Assembly: GCA_964016885.1 (NCBI GenBank)
Contig: OZ024744.1
Location: 4,464,001 to 4,528,000, forward strand
Direction of reading: 5' to 3'
From: Eledone cirrhosa
Taxonomy: Eukaryota
DNA: 64,000 bases
This document shows, one piece after another, positions 1 to 14,969 of this stretch; position 1 is the stretch's first letter, and each line of letters begins with the position of its first letter. Under the pieces are notes generated by a model, which was not told the origin of the DNA, searched no databases, and saw only the letters and a program-made list of their open reading frames with translations. The position numbers and the translations under genes are program-made.

Positions 1-3000
1 AGCTTGGTGAAGAACGAACGAAGTGTTGAGGGAAGACAAGGTAGAGAAATATAGCTTGGTGAAGAACGACGTTTTGAGGGAAGACAAAGTAGAGAACGAT
101 AGCTTGATGAAGAACGGAGTTTTGAGGGAAGACAAGGTAGAGAAAGATAGCTTGGTGAATAACGAAGTTTTCAGGGAAGACAAGGTAAAGAAAGATAGCT
201 TGGTGAAGAACGATGTTTTGGGGGAAGACAAGGTAGAGAAAGATAGCTTGGTGAAGAACGATGTTTTGGGGGAAGACAAGGTAGAGAAAGATAGCTTGGT
301 GAAGAACGAAGTTTTGAGGGAAGACAAGGTAGAGAAAGATAGCTTGGTGAATAACGAAGTTTTGAGGGAAGACAAGGTAGAGAAGGATAGCTTGGTGAAT
401 AACGAAGTTTTGAGGGGAGACAAGGTAAAGAAAGATAGCTTGGTGAAGAACGATGTTTTGGGGGAAGACAAGGTAGAGAAAGATAGCTTGGTGTAGAACG
501 AAGTTTTGAGGGAAGACAAGGTAGAGAAAGATAGCTTGGTGAAGAACGAAGTTTTGAGGGAAGACAAGGTAGAGAAAGATAGCTTGGTGAAGAACAAAGT
601 TTTGAGGGAAGACAATGTAGAGAAGGATAGCTTGTGAAGAACGAAGTTTTGGGGGAAGACAAGGTAGAGAAAGATAGCTTGGTGAAGAACGAACGACGTT
701 TTGAGGGAAGACAAGGTAGAGAAGGATAGCTAGGTGAAGAACGACGTTTTGAGGGAAGACAAAGTAGAGAACGATAGCTTGATGAAGAACGGAGTTTTGA
801 GGGAAGACAAGGTAGAGAAAGATAGCTTGGTGAAGAACGAAGTTTTGAGGGAAGACAAGGTAGAGAAAGATAGTTTGGTGAAGAACGAAGTTTTGGGGGG
901 TAAAAAGGTAGAGAAAGATAGCTTGGTGAAGAACGAAGTTTTGAGGGAAGACAAGGTAGAGAAAGATAGCTTGGTGAAGAACGAAGTTTTGAGGGAAGAC
1001 AAGGTAGAGAAAGATAGCTTGATGAAGAACGAAGTTTTGAGGGAAGACAAGGTAGAGAAAGTTAGCTTGGTGAAGAACGAAGTTTTGAGGGAAGACAAGG
1101 TAGAGTAAGATAGCTTGGTGAAGAACGGAGTTTTGAGGGAAGACAAGGTAGAGAAGGATAGCTTGGTGAAGAATGAAGTTTTGAGGGAAGACAAGGTAGA
1201 GAAAGATAGCTTGATCAAGAACGAAGTTTTGAGGGAAGACAAGGTAGAGAAAGATAGCTTGATCAAGAACGAAGTTTTGAGGGAAGACAAGGTAGAGAAA
1301 GATAGCTTGATCAAGAACGAAGTTTTGGGGGAAGACAAGGTAGAGAAAGATAGCTTGGTGAAGAACGAAGTTTTGAGGGAAGACAAGGTAGAGAAAGATA
1401 GCTTGATGAAGAACGAAGTTTTGAGGGAAGACAAGGTAGAGAAAGATAGCTTGATCAAGAACGAAGTTTTGAGGGAAGACAAGGTAGAGAAGGATAGCTT
1501 GTGAAGAACGAAGTTTTGGGGGAAGACAAGGTAGAGAAAGTTAGCTTGATGAAGAACGTAGTTTTGAGGGAAGACAAGGTAGAGAAAGATAGCTTGGTGA
1601 AGAACGAAGTTTTGAGGGAAGACAAGGTAGAGAAAGATAGTTTGGTGAAAAACGAAGTTTTGGGGGAAAAACAGGTAGAGAAATATAGCTTGGTGAAGAA
1701 CGAAGTTTTGAGGGAAGACAAGGTAGAGAAAGATAGCTTGATGAAGAACGAAGTTTTGAGGGAAGACAAGGTAGAGAAAGTTAGCTTGGTGAAGAACGAA
1801 GTTTTGAGGGAAGACAAGGTAGAGAAAGATAGCTTGGTGAAGAACGAAGTTTTGAGGGAAGACAAGGTAGAGAAAGATAGCTTGGTGAAGAACGAAGTTT
1901 TGAGGGAAGACAAGGTAGAGAAAGATAGCTTGATGAAGAACGAAGTTTTGAGGGAAGACAAGGTAGAGAAAGTTAGCTTGGTGAAGAACGAAGTTTTGAG
2001 GGAAGACAAGGTAGAGAAAGATAGCTTGGTGAAGAACGAAGTTTTGAGGGAAGACAAGGTAGAGAAAGATAGCTTGGTGAAGAACGAAATTTTGAGGGAA
2101 GACAAGGTAGAGAAAGATAGCTTGGTGAAGAACGAACGAAGTGTTGAGGGAAGACAAGGTAGAGAAATATAGCTTGGTGAAGAACGACGTTTTGAGGGAA
2201 GACAAAGTAGAGAACGATAGCTTGATGAAGAACGGAGTTTTGAGGGAAGACAAGGTAGAGAAAGATAGCTTGGTGAATAACGAAGTTTTCAGGGAAGACA
2301 AGGTAAAGAAAGATAGCTTGGTGAAGAACGATGTTTTGGGGGAAGACAAGGTAGAGAAAGATAGCTTGGTGAAGAACGAAGTTTTGAGGGAAGACAAGGT
2401 AGAGAAAGATAGCTTGGTGAAGAACGAAGTTTTGAGGGAAGACAAGGTAGAGAAAGATAGCTTGGTGAAGAACAAAGTTTTGAGGGAAGACAAGGTAGAG
2501 AAAGATAGCTTGATCAAGAACGAAGTTTTGAGGGAAGACAAGGTGGAGAAGGATAGCTTGTGAAGAACGAAGTTTTGGGGGAAGACAAGGTAGAGAAAGA
2601 TAGCTTGGTGAAGAACGAACGACGTTTTGAGGGAAGACAAGGTAGAGAAGGATAGCTAGGTGAAGAACGACGTTTTGAGGGTAGACAAAGTAGAGAACGA
2701 TAGCTTGATGAAGAACGGAGTTTTGAGGGAAGACAAGGTAGAGAAAGATAGCTTGGTGAAGAACGAAGTTTTGAGGGAAGACAAGGTAGAGAAAGATAGT
2801 TTGGTGAAGAACGAAGTTTTGGGGGGAAAAAAGGTAGAGAAAGATAGCTTGGTGAAGAACGAAGTTTTGAGGGAAGACAAGGTAGAGAAAGATAACTTGG
2901 TGAAGAACGAAGTTTTGAGGGAAGACAAGGTAGAGAAAGATAGCTTGATGAAGAACGAAGTTTTGAGGGAAGACAAGGTAGAGAAAGTTAGCTTGGTGAA

Positions 3001-3859
3001 GAACGAAGTTTTGAGGGAAGACAAGGTAGAGAAAGATAGTTTGGTGAAGAACGAAGTTTTGGGGGAAAAAAAGGTAGAGAAATATAGCTTGGTGAAGAAC
3101 GAAGTTTTGAGGGAAGACAAGGTAGAGAAAGATAGATTGATGAAGAACGAAGCTTTGAGGGAAGACACGGTAGAGAAAGTTAGCTTGGTGAAGAACGAAG
3201 TTTTGATGGAAGACAAGGTAGAGAAAGATAGCTTGGTGAAGAACGAAGTTTTGAGGGAAGACAAGGTAGAGAAAGATAGCTTGGTGAAGAACGAAGTTTT
3301 GAGGGAAGACAAGGTAGAGAAAGATAGCTTGATGAAGAACGAAGTTTTGAGGGAAGACAAGGTAGCGAAAGATAGCTTGGTGAAGAACTAGGTTTTGTGG
3401 GAAGACAAGGTAGAGAGAGATAGCTTGGTGAAGAACGAAGTTTTGTGGGAAGACAAGGTAGAGAAAGATAGCTTGGTGAAGAACGAAGTTTTGGGGGTAG
3501 ACAAGGTAGAGAAAGATAGCTTGGTGAAGAACGAAGTTTTGGGGGAAGACAAGGTAGAGAAAGATAGCTTGGTGAAGAACGACGTTTTGTGGGAAGACAA
3601 GGTAGAGAAAGATAGCTTGGTGAAGAACGACGTTTTGAGGGAAGACAAGGTAGAGAAAGATAGCTTGATGAAGAACGAAGTTTTGGGGGAAGACAATGTA
3701 GAGAAAGATAGCTTGGTGAAGAACGAAGTCTTGAGGGAATACAAGGTAGAGAAGGATAGCTTGTGAAGAACGAAGTTTTGGGGGAAGACAAGGTAAAGAA
3801 AGATAGCTTGGTGAAGAACGAACGACGTTTTGAGGGAAGACAAGGTAGAGAAAGATAGC

Positions 3860-6800
3860 TAGGTGAAGAACGACGTTTTGAGGGAAGACAAAGTAGAGAA
3901 CGATAGCTTGATGAAGAACGGAGTTTTGAGGGAAGACAAGGTAGAGAAAGATAGCTTGGTGAAGAACGAAGTTTTGAGGGATGACAAGGTAGAGAAAGAT
4001 AGTTTGGTGAAGAACGAAGTTTTGGGGGAAAAAAATGTAGAGAAATATAGCTTGGTGAAGAACGAAGTTTTGAGGGAAGACAAGGTAGAGAAAGATAGAT
4101 TGATGAAGAACGAAGTTTTGAGGGAAGACAAGGTAGAGAAAGTTAGCTTGGTGAAGAACGAATTTTGAGGGAAGACAAGGTAGAGAAAGATAGCTTGGTG
4201 AAGAACGAAGTTTTGAGGGAAGACAAGGTAGAGAAAGATAGCTTGGTGAAGAACGAAGTTTTGAGGGAAGACAAGGTAGAGAAAGATAGCTTGATGAAGA
4301 ACGAAGTTTTGATGGAAGACAAGGTAGCGAAATATAGCTTGGTGAAGAACGACGTTTTGTGGGAAGACAAGGTAGAGAGAGATAGCTTGGTGAAGAACGA
4401 AGTTTTGTGGGAAGACAAGGTAGAGAAAGATAGCTTGGTGAAGAACGAAGTTTTGGGGGTAGACAAGGTAGAGAAAGATAGCTTGGTGAAGAACGAAGTT
4501 TTGGGGGAAGACAAGGTAGAGAAAGATAGCTTGGTGAAGAACGACGTTTTGAGGGAAGACAAAGTAGAGAAAGATAGCTTGATGAAGAACGAAGTTTTGC
4601 AGGAAGGCAAGGTAGAGAAAGATAGCTTGGTGAATAACGAAGTTTTGAGGGAAGACAAGGTAGAGAAAGATAGCTTGGTGAAGAACGATGTTCTGGGGGA
4701 AGACAAGGTAGAGAAAGATAGCTTGGTGAAGAACGAAGTTTTGAGGGAAGACAAGGTAGAGAAAGATAGCTTGGTGAATAACGAAATTTTGAGGGGAGAC
4801 AAGGTAAAGAAAGATAGCTTGGTGAAGAACGATGTTTTGGGGGAAGACAAGGTAGAGAAAGATAGCTTGGTGAAGAACGAAGTTTTGAGGGAAGACAAGG
4901 TAGAGAAAGATAGCTTGGTGAAGAACGAAGTTTTGAGGGAAGACAAGGTAGAGAAAGATAGCTTGGTGAAGAACAAAGTTTTGAGGGAAGACAAGGTAGA
5001 GAAAGATAGCTTGATCAAGAACGAAGTTTTGAGGGAAGACAAGGTAGAGAAGGATAGCTTGTGAAGAACGAAGTTTTGGGGGAAGACAAGGTAGAGAAAG
5101 ATAGCTTGGTGAAGAACGAACGACGTTTTGAGGGAAGACAAGGTAGAGAAAGATAGCTAGGTGAAGAACGACGTTTTGAGGGAAGACAAAGTAGAGAACG
5201 ATAGCTTGATGAAGAACGGAGTTTTGAGGGAAGACAAGGTAGAGAAAGATAGCTTGGTGAAGAACGAAGTTTTGAGGGAAGACAAGGTAGAGAAAGATAG
5301 CTTGATGAAGAACGAAGTTTTGAGGGAAGACAAGGTAGAGAAAGTTAGCTTGGTGAAGAACGAAGTTTTGAGGGAAGACAAGGTAGAGAAAGATAGCTTG
5401 ATGAAGAACGAAGTTTTGAGGGAAGACAAGGTAGAGAAAGTTAGCTTGGTGAAGAACGAAGTTTTGAGGGAAGACAAGGTAGAGTAAGATAGCTTGGTGA
5501 AGAACGAAGTTTTGAGGGAAGACAAGGTAGAGAAAGATAGCTTGGTGAAGAACGAAGTTTTGAGGGAAGACAAGTTAGAGAAAGATAGCTTGATGAAGAA
5601 CGAAGTTTTGAGGGAAGACAAGGGAGAGAAAGATAGCTTGATCAAGAACGAAGTTTTGAGGGAAGACAAGGTAGAGAAGGATAGCTTGTGAAGAACGAAC
5701 GACGTTTTGAGGGAAGACAAGGTAGAGAAAGATAGCTAGGTGAAGAACGACGTTTTGAGGGAAGACAAAGTAGAGAACGATAGCTTGATGAAGAACGGAG
5801 TTTTGAGGGAAGACAAGGTAGAGAAAGATAGCTTGGTGAAGAACGAAGTTTTGAGGGATGACAAGGTAGAGAAAGATAGTTTGGTGAAGAACGAAGTTTT
5901 GGGGGAAAAAAAGGTAGAGAAATATAGCTTGGTGAAGAACGAAGTTTTGAGGGAAGACAAGGTAGAGAAAGATAGATTGATGAAGAACGAAGTTTTGAGG
6001 GAAGACAAGGTAGAGAAAGTTAGCTTGGTGAAGAACGAATTTTGAGGGAAGACAAGGTAGAGAAAGATAGCTTGGTGAAGAACGAAGTTTTGAGGGAAGA
6101 CAAGGTAGAGAAAGATAGCTTGGTGAAGAACGAAGTTTTGAGGGAAGACAAGGTAGAGAAAGATAGCTTGATGAAGAACGAAGTTTTGAGGGAAGACAAG
6201 GTAGCGAAATATAGCTTGGTGAAGAACGACGTTTTGTGGGAAGACAAGGTAGAGAGAGATAGCTTGGTGAAGAACGAAGTTTTGTGGGAAGACAAGGTAG
6301 AGAAAGATAGCTTGGTGAAGAACGAAGTTTTGGGGGTAGACAAGGTAGAGAAAGATAGCTTGGTGAAGAACGAAGTTTTGGGGGAAGACAAGGTAGAGAA
6401 AGATAGCTTGGTGAAGAACGACGTTTTGAGGGAAGACAAAGTAGAGAAAGATAGCTTGATGAAGAACGAAGTTTTGCAGGAAGGCAAGGTAGAGAAAGAT
6501 AGCTTGGTGAATAACGAAGTTTTGAGGGAAGACAAGGTAGAGAAAGATAGCTTGGTGAAGAACGATGTTCTGGGGGAAGACAAGGTAGAGAAAGATAGCT
6601 TGGTGAAGAACGAAGTTTTGAGGGAAGACAAGGTAGAGAAAGATAGCTTGGTGAAGAACGAAGTTTTGAGGGAAGACAAGGTAGAGAAAGATAGCTTGGT
6701 GAATAACGAAATTTTGAGGGGAGACAAGGTAAAGAAAGATAGCTTGGTGAAGAACGATGTTTTGGGGGAAGACAAGGTAGAGAAAGATAGCTTGGTGAAG

Positions 6801-7660
6801 AACGATGTTTTGAGGGAAGACAAGGTAGAGAAAGATAGCTTGGTGAAGAACGAAGTTTTGAGGGAAGACAAGGTAGAGAAAGATAGCTTGGTGAAGAACA
6901 AAGTTTTGAGGGAAGACAAGGAAGAGAAAGATAGCTTGATCAAGAACGAAGTTTTGAGGGAAGACAAGGTAGAGAAGGATAGCTTGTGAAGAACGAAGTT
7001 TTGGGGGAAGACAAGGTAGAGAAAGATAGCTTGGTGAAGAACGAACGACGTTTTGAGGGAAGACAAGGTAGAGAAAGATAGCTAGGTGAAGAACGACGTT
7101 TTGAGGGAAGACAAAGTAGAGAACGATAGCTTGATGAAGAACGGAGTTTTGAGGGAAGACAAGGTAGAGAAAGATAGCTTGGTGAAGAACGAAGTTTTGA
7201 GGGAAGACAAGGTAGAGAAAGATAGTTTGGTGAAGAACGAAGTTTTGGGGGGAAAAAAGGTAGAGAAAGATAGCTTGGTGAAGAACGAAGTTTTGAGGGA
7301 AGACAAGGTAGAGAAAGATAGCTTGGTGAAGAACGAAGTTTTGAGGGAAGACAAGGTAGAGAAAGATAGCTTGATGAAGAACGAAGTTTTGAGGGAAGAC
7401 AAGGTAGAGAAAGTTAGCTTGGTGAAGAACGAAGTTTTGAGGGAAGACAAGGTAGAGTAAGATAGCTTGGTGAAGAACGAAGTTTTGAGGGAAGACAAGG
7501 TAGAGAAAGATAGCTTGGTGAAGAACGAAGTTTTGAGGGAAGACAAGTTAGAGAAAGATAGCTTGATGAAGAACGAAGTTTTGAGGGAAGACAAGGGAGA
7601 GAAAGATAGCTTGATCAAGAACGAAGATTTGAGGGAAGACAAGGTAGAGAAGGATAGCTT
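3860..7660. repeat. ~1.88-kb tandem block duplication inside the 48-bp array
   Basis: Rare variants (GGGATGAC; GATAGATTG; 2-bp-deleted AACGAATTTTG; TTGCAGGAAGGC) recur with a 1877-bp offset (ORF track 3863..4168 vs 5740..6045; 4165 vs 6042). Boundaries are approximate. Confidence 0.8.
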
Positions 7661-10600
7661 GTGAAGAACGAAGTTTTGGGGGAAGACAAGGTAAAGAAAG
7701 ATAGCTTGGTGAAGAACGAACGACGTTTTGAGGGAAGACAAGGTAGAGAAAGATAGCTAGGTGAAGAACGACGTTTTGAGGGAAGACAAAGTAGAGAATG
7801 ATAGCTTGATGAAGAACGGAGTTTTGAGGGAAGACAAGGTAGAGAAAGATAGCTTGGTGAAGAACGAAGTTTTGAGGGAAGACAAGGTAGAGAAAGATAG
7901 TTTGGTGAAGAACGAAGTTTTGGGGGAAGACAAGGTAGAGAAAGATAGCTTGGTGAAGAACGAAGTTTTGAGGGAAGACAAGGTAGAGAAGGATAGCTTG
8001 TGAAGAACGAAGTTTTGGGGGAAGACAAGGTAGAGAAAGATAGCTTGGTGAAGAACGAACGAAGTTTTGAGGGAAGACAAGGTAGAGAAAGATAGCTTGG
8101 TGAAGAACGAACGACGTTTTGAGGGAAGACAAGGTAGAGAAAGATAGCTAGGTGAAGAACGACGTTTTGAGGGAAGACAAAGTAGAGAACGATAGCTTGA
8201 TGAAGAACGGAGTTTTGAGGGAAGACAAGGTAGAGAAAGATAGCTTGGTGAAGAACGAAGTTTTGAGGGAAGACAAGGTAGAGAAAGATAGTTTGGTGAA
8301 GAACGAAGTTTTGGGGGGAAAAAAGGTAGAGAAAGATAGCTTGGTGAAGAACGAAGTTTTGAGGGAAGACAAGGTAGAGAAAGATAGCTTGGTGAAGAAC
8401 GAAGTTTTGAGGGAAGACAAGGTAGAGAAAGATAGCTTGATGAAGAACGAAGTTTTGAGGGAAGACAAGGTAGAGAAAGTTAGCTTGGTGAAGAACGAAG
8501 TTTTGAGGGAAGACAAGGTAGAGTAAGATAGCTTGGTGAAGAACGAAGTTTTGAGGGAAGACAAGGTAGAGAAAGATAGCTTGGTGAAGAACGAAGTTTT
8601 GAGGGAAGACAAGGTAGAGAAAGATAGCTTGATGAAGAACGAAGTTTTGAGGGAAGACAAGGTAGAGAAAGATAGCTTGATCAAGAACGAAGTTTGGAGG
8701 GAAGACAAGGTAGAGAAGGATAGCTTGTGAAGAACGAAGTTTTGGGGGAAGACAAGGTAAAGAAAGATAGCTTGGTGAAGAACGAACGACGTTTTGAGGG
8801 AAGACAAGGTAGAGAAAGATAGCTAGGTGAAGAACGACGTTTTGAGGGAAGACAAAGTAGAGAACGATAGCTTGATGAAGAACGGAGTTTTGAGGGAAGA
8901 CAAGGTAGAGAAAGATAGCTTGCTGAAGAACGAAGTTTTGAGGGAAGACAAGGTAGAGAAAGATAGTTTGGTGAAGAACGAAGTTTTGGGGGAAAAAAAG
9001 GTAGAGAAATATAGCTTGGTGAAGAACGAAGTTTTGAGGGAAGACAAGGTAGAGAAAGATAGCTTGATGAAGAACGAAGTGTTGAGGGAAGACAAGGTAG
9101 AGAAAGTTAGCTTGGTGAAGAACGAAGTTTTGAGGGAAGACAAGGTAGAGAAAGTTAGCTTGGTGAAGAACGAAGTTTTGAGGGAAGACAAGGTAGAGTA
9201 AGATAGCTTGGTGAAGAACGAAGTTTTGAGGGAAGACAAGGTAGAGAAATATAGCTTGGTGAAGAACGAAGTTTTGAGGGAAGACAAGTTAGAGAAAGAT
9301 AGCTTGATGAAGAACGAAGTTTTGAGGGAAGACAAGGGAGAGAAAGATAGCTTGATCAAGAACGAAGTTTTGAGGGAAGACAAGGTAGAGAAGGATAGCT
9401 TGTGAAGAACGAAGTTTTGGGGGAAGACAAGGTAAAGAAAGATAGCTTGGTGAAGAACGAACGACGTTTTGAGGGAAGACAAGGTAGAGAAAGATAGCTA
9501 GGTGAAGAACGACGTTTTGAGGGAAGACAAAGTAGAGAACGATAGCTTGATGAAGAACGGAGTTTTGAGGGAAGACAAGGTAGAGAAAGATAGCTTGGTG
9601 AAGAACGAAGTTTTGAGGGAAGACAAGGTAGAGAAAGATAGTTTGGTGAAGAACGAAGTTTTGGGGGAAGACAAGGTAGAGAAAGATAGCTTGGTGAAGA
9701 ACGAAGTTTTGAGGGAAGACAAGGTAGAGAAGGATAGCTTGGTGAAGAACGAAGTTTTGAGGGAAGACAAGGTAGAGAAAGATAGCTTGATGAAGAACGA
9801 AGTTTTGAGGGAAGACAAGGTAGAGAAAGTTAGCTTGATGAAGAACGGAGTTTTGAGGGAAGACAAGGTAGAGAAAGATAGCTTGATGAAGAACGAAGTT
9901 TTGAGGGAAGACAAGGTAGAGAAAGATAGTTTGGTGAAGAACGAAGTTTTGGGGGAAAAAAAGGTAGAGAAATATAGCTTGGTGAAGAACGAAGTTTTGA
10001 GGGAAGACAAGGTAGAGCAAGATAGCTTGGTGAAGAACGAAGTTTTGAGGGAAGACAAGGTAGAGAAAGTTAGCTTGGTGAAGAACGAAGTTTTGAGGGA
10101 AGACAAGGTAGGGAAAGATAGCTTAGTGAAGAACGAAGTTTTGAGGGAAGACAAGGTAGAGAAAGTTAGCTTGGTGAAGAACGAAGTTTTGAGGGAAGAC
10201 AAGGTAGGGAAAGATAGCTTGGTGAAGAACGAAGTTTTGAGGGAAGACAAGGTAGAGAAAGATAGCTTGGTGAAGAACGAAGTTTTGAGGGAAGACAAGG
10301 TAGAGAAAGATAGCTTGATGAAGAACGAAGTTTTGAGGGAAGACAAGGTAGAGAAAGTTAGCTTGGTGAAGAACGAAGTTTTGAGGGAAGACAAGGTAGA
10401 GAAAGATAGCTTGGTGAAGAACGAAGTTTTGAGGGAAGACAAGGTAGAGAAAGATAGCTTGGTGAAGAACGAAATTTTGAGGGAAGACAAGGTAGAGAAA
10501 GATAGCTTGGTGAAGAACGAAGTTTTGAGGGAAGACAAGGTAGAGAAAGTTAGCTTGGTGAAGAACGAAGTTTTGAGGGAAGACAAGGTAGAGAAAGATA

Positions 10601-13600
10601 GCTTGATGAAGAACGAAGTTTTGAGGGAAGACAAGGTAGAGAAAGTTAGCTTGGTGAAGAACGAAGTTTTGAGGGAAGACAAGGTAGGGAAAGATAGCTT
10701 GGTGAAGAACGAAGTTTTGAGGGAAGACAAGGTAGAGAAAGATAGCTTGGTGAAGAACGAAGTTTTGAGGGAAGACAAGGTAGAGAAAGATAGCTTGATG
10801 AAGAACGAAGTTTTGAGGGAAGACAAGGTAGAGAAAGTTAGCTTGGTGAAGAACGAAGTTTTGAGGGAAGACAAGGTAGAGAAAGATAGCTTGGTGAAGA
10901 ACGAAGTTTTGAGGGAAGACAAGGTAGAGAAAGATAGCTTGGTGAAGAACGAAATTTTGAGGGAAGACAAGGTAGAGAAAGATAGCTTGGTGAAGAACGA
11001 AGTTTTGAGGGAAGACAAGGTAGAGAAAGATAGCTTGTGAAGAACGTAGTTTTGGGGGAAGACAAGGTAGAGAAAGATAGCTTGGTGAAGAACGAACGAA
11101 GTGTTGAGGGAAGACAAGGTAGAGAAAGATAGCTTGGTGAAGAACGACGTTTTGAGGGGAGACAAAGTAGAGAACGATAGCTTGATGAAGAACGGAGTTT
11201 TGAGGGAAGACAAGGTAGAGAAAGATAGCTTGGTGAATAACGAAGTTTTGAGGGAAGACAAGGTAAAGAAAGATAGCTTGGTGAAGAACGAAGTTTTGGG
11301 GGAAGACAAGGTAGAGAAAGATAGCTTGGTGAAGAACGAAGTTTTGAGGGAAGACAAGGTAGAGAAAGATAGCTTGGTGAAGAACGAAGTTTTGAGGGAA
11401 GACAAGGTAGAGTAAGATAGCTTGGTGAAGAACAAAGTTTTGAGGGAAGACAAGGTAGAGAAAGATAGCTTGGTGAATAACGAAGTTTTGAGGGAAGACA
11501 AGGTAAAGAAAGATAGCTTGGTGAAGAACGAAGTTTTGAGGGAAGACAAGGTAGAGAAAGATAGCTTGGTGAAGAACGAAGTTTTGAGGGAAGACAAGGT
11601 AGAGAAAGATAGCTTGGTGAAGAACGATGTTTTGGGGGAAGACAAGGTAGAGAAGGATAGCTTGTGAAGAACGAAGTTTTGGGGGAAGACAAGGTAGAGA
11701 AAGATAGCTTGGTGAAGAACGAACGACGTTTTGAGGGAAGACAAGGTAGAGAAGGATAGCTAGGTGAAGAACGACGTTTTGAGGGAAGACAAAGTAGAGA
11801 ACGATAGCTTGATGAAGAACGGAGTTTTGAGGGAAGACAAGGTAGGAAAGATAGCTTGGTGAAGAACGAAGTTTTGAGGGAAGACAAGGTAGAGAAAGAT
11901 AGTTTGGTGAAGAACGAAGTTTTTGGGGGGAAAAAGGTAGAGAAAGATAGCTTGGTGAAGAACGAAGTTTTGAGGGAAGACAAGGTAGAGAAAGATAGCT
12001 TGGTGAAGAACGAAGTTTTGAGGGAAGACAAGGTAGAGAAAGATAGCTTGATGAAGAACGAAGTTTTGAGGGAAGACAAGGTAGAGAAAGTTAGCTTGGT
12101 GAAGAACGAAGTTTTGAGGGAAGACAAGGTAGAGTAAGATAGCTTGGTGAAGAACGGAGTTTTGAGGGAAGACAAGGTAGAGAAAGATAGCTTGGTGAAG
12201 AACGAAGTTTTGAGGGAAGACGAGGTAGAGAAAGATAGCTTGATGAAGAACGAAGTTTTGAGGGAAGACAAGGTAGATAAAGATAGCTTGATCAAGAACG
12301 AAGTTTTGAGGGAAGACAAGGTAGAGAAGGATAGCTTGTGAAGAACGAAGTTTTGGGGGGAGACAAGGTAAAGAAAGATAGCTTGGTGAAGAACGAACGA
12401 CGTTTTGAGGGAAGACAAGGTAGAGAAAGATAGCTTGGTGAAGAACGAAGTTTTGAGGGAAGACAAGGTAGAGAAAGATAGCTTGGTGAAGAACGAAGTT
12501 TTGAGGGAAGACAAGGTAGAGAAAGATAGCTTGATGAAGAACGAAGTTTTGAGGGAAGACAAGGTAGAGAAAGTTAGCTTGGTGAAGAACGAAGTTTTGA
12601 GGGAAGACAAGGTAGAGAAAGATAGCTTGGTGAAGAACGAAGTTTTGAGGGAAGACAAGGTAGAGAAAGATAGCTTGGTGAAGAACGAAGTTTTGAGGGA
12701 AGACAAGGTAGAGAAAGTTAGCTTGGTGAAGAACGAAGTTTTGAGGGAAGACAAGGTAGAGTAAGATAGCTTGGTGAAGAACGAAGTTTTGACGGAAGAC
12801 AAGGTAGAGAAAGATAGCTTGGTGAAGAACGAAGTTTTGAGGGAAGACAAGGTAGAGAAAGATAGCTTGATGAAGAACGAAGTTTTGAGGGAAGACAAGG
12901 TAGAGAAAGATAGCTTGATCAAGAACGAAGTTTTGAGGGAAGACAAGGTAGAGAAGGATAGCTTGTGAAGAACGAAGTTTTGGGGGAAGACAAGGTAAAG
13001 AAAGATAGCTTGGTGAAGAACGAACGACGTTTTGAGGGAAGACAAGGTAGAGAAAGATAGCTAGGTGAAGAACGACGTTTTGAGGGAAGACAAAGTAGAG
13101 AACGATAGCTTGATGAAGAACGGAGTTTTGAGGGAAGACAAGGTAGAGAAAGATAGCTTGGTGAAGAACGAAGTTTTGAGGGAAGACAAGGTAGAGAAAG
13201 ATAGTTTGGTGAAGAACGAAGTTTTGGGGGAAAAAAAGGTAGAGAAATATAGCTTGGTGAAGAACGAAGTTTTGAGGGAAGACAAGGTAGAGAAAGATAG
13301 CTTGATGAAGAACGAAGTTTTGAGGGAAGACAAGGTAGAGAAAGTTAGCTTGGTGAAGAACGAAGTTTTGAGGGAAGACAAGGTAGAGAAAGATAGCTTG
13401 GTGAAGAACGAAGTTTTGAGGGAAGACAAGGTAGAGAAAGATAGCTTGGTGAAGAACGAAGTTTTGAGGGAAGACAAGGTAGAGAAAGATAGCTTGATGA
13501 AGAACGAAGTTTTGAGGGAAGACAAGGTAGAGAAAGTTAGCTTGGTGAAGAACGAAGTTTTGAGGGAAGACAAGGTAGAGAAAGATAGCTTGGTGAAGAA

Positions 13601-14969
13601 CGAAGTTTTGAGGGAAGACAAGGTAGAGAAAGATAGCTTGGTGAAGAACGAAATTTTGAGGGAAGACAAGGTAGAGAAAGATAGCTTGGTGAAGAACGAA
13701 GTTTTGAGGGAAGACAAGGTAGAGAAAGATAGCTTGTGAAGAACGTAGTTTTGGGGGAAGACAAGGTAGAGAATGATAGCTTGATGAAGAACGAACGAAG
13801 TGTTGAGGGAAGACAAGGTAGAGAAAGATAGCTTGGTGAAGAACGACGTTTTGAGGGAAGACAAAGTAGAGAACGATAGCTTGATGAAGAACGGAGTTTT
13901 GAGGGAAGACAAGGTAGAGAAAGATAGCTTGGTGAATAACGAAGTTTTGAGGGAAGACAAGGTAAAGAAAGATAGCTTGGTGAAGAACGATGTTTTGGCG
14001 GAAGACAAGGTAGAGAAAGATAGCTTGGTGAAGAACGAAGTTTTGAGGGAAGACAAGGTAGAGAAAGATAGCTTGGTGAAGAACGAAGTTTTGAGGGAAG
14101 ACAAGGTAGAGAAAGATAGCTTGGTGAAGAACAAAGTTTTGAGGGAAGACAAGGTAGAGAAAGATAGCTTAATCAAGAACGAAGTTTTGAGAGAAGACAA
14201 GGTAGAGAAGGATAGCTTGTGAAGAACGAAGTTTTGGGGGAAGACAAGGTAGAGAAAGATAGCTTGGTGAAGAACGAACGACGTTTTGAGGGAAGACAAG
14301 GTAGAGAAGGATAGCTAGGTGAAGAACGACGTTTTGAGGGAAGACAAAGTAGAGAACGATAGCTTGATGAAGAACGGAGTTTTGAGGGAAGACAAGGTAG
14401 AGAAAGATAGCTTGATCAAGAACGAAGTTTTGAGGGAAGACAAGGTAGAGGAGGATAGCTTGTGAAGAACGAAGTTTTGGGGGAAGACAAGGTAAAGAAA
14501 GATAGCTTGGTGAAGAACGAACGACGTTTTGAGGGAAGACAAGGTAGAGAAAGATAGCTAGGTGAAGAACGACGTTTTGTGGGAAGACAAAGTAGAGAAC
14601 GATAGCTTGATGAAGAACGGAGTTTTGAGGGAAGACAAGGTAGAGAAAGATAGCTTGGTGAAGAACGAAGTTTTGAGGGAAGACAAGGTAGAGAAAGATA
14701 GTTTGGTGAAGAACGAAGTTTTGGGGGAAAAAAAGGTAGAGAAATATAGCTTGGTGAAGAACGAAGTTTTGAGGGAAGACAAGGTAGAGAAAGTTAGCTT
14801 GGTGAAGAACGAAGTTTTGAGGGAAGACAAGGTAGAGAAAGATAGCTTGGTGAAGAACGAAGTTTTGAGGGAAGACAAGGTAGAGAAAGATAGCTTGGTG
14901 AAGAACGAAGTTTTGAGGGAAGACAAGGTAGAGAAAGATAGCTTGATGAAGAACGAAGTTTTGAGGGAA

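Noticed and set aside
625-780. 47+52+48 = 147 bp and 3 x 48 = 144 bp matching nucleosome core length
   Set aside because: Numerical coincidence; nothing in the sequence supports phasing without MNase data.
11835-11855. Singleton 1-bp deletions (GGTAGGAAAG here; GAAGACGTAG at ~23347)
   Set aside because: They are not shared with duplicate blocks and cannot be distinguished from consensus sequencing errors.
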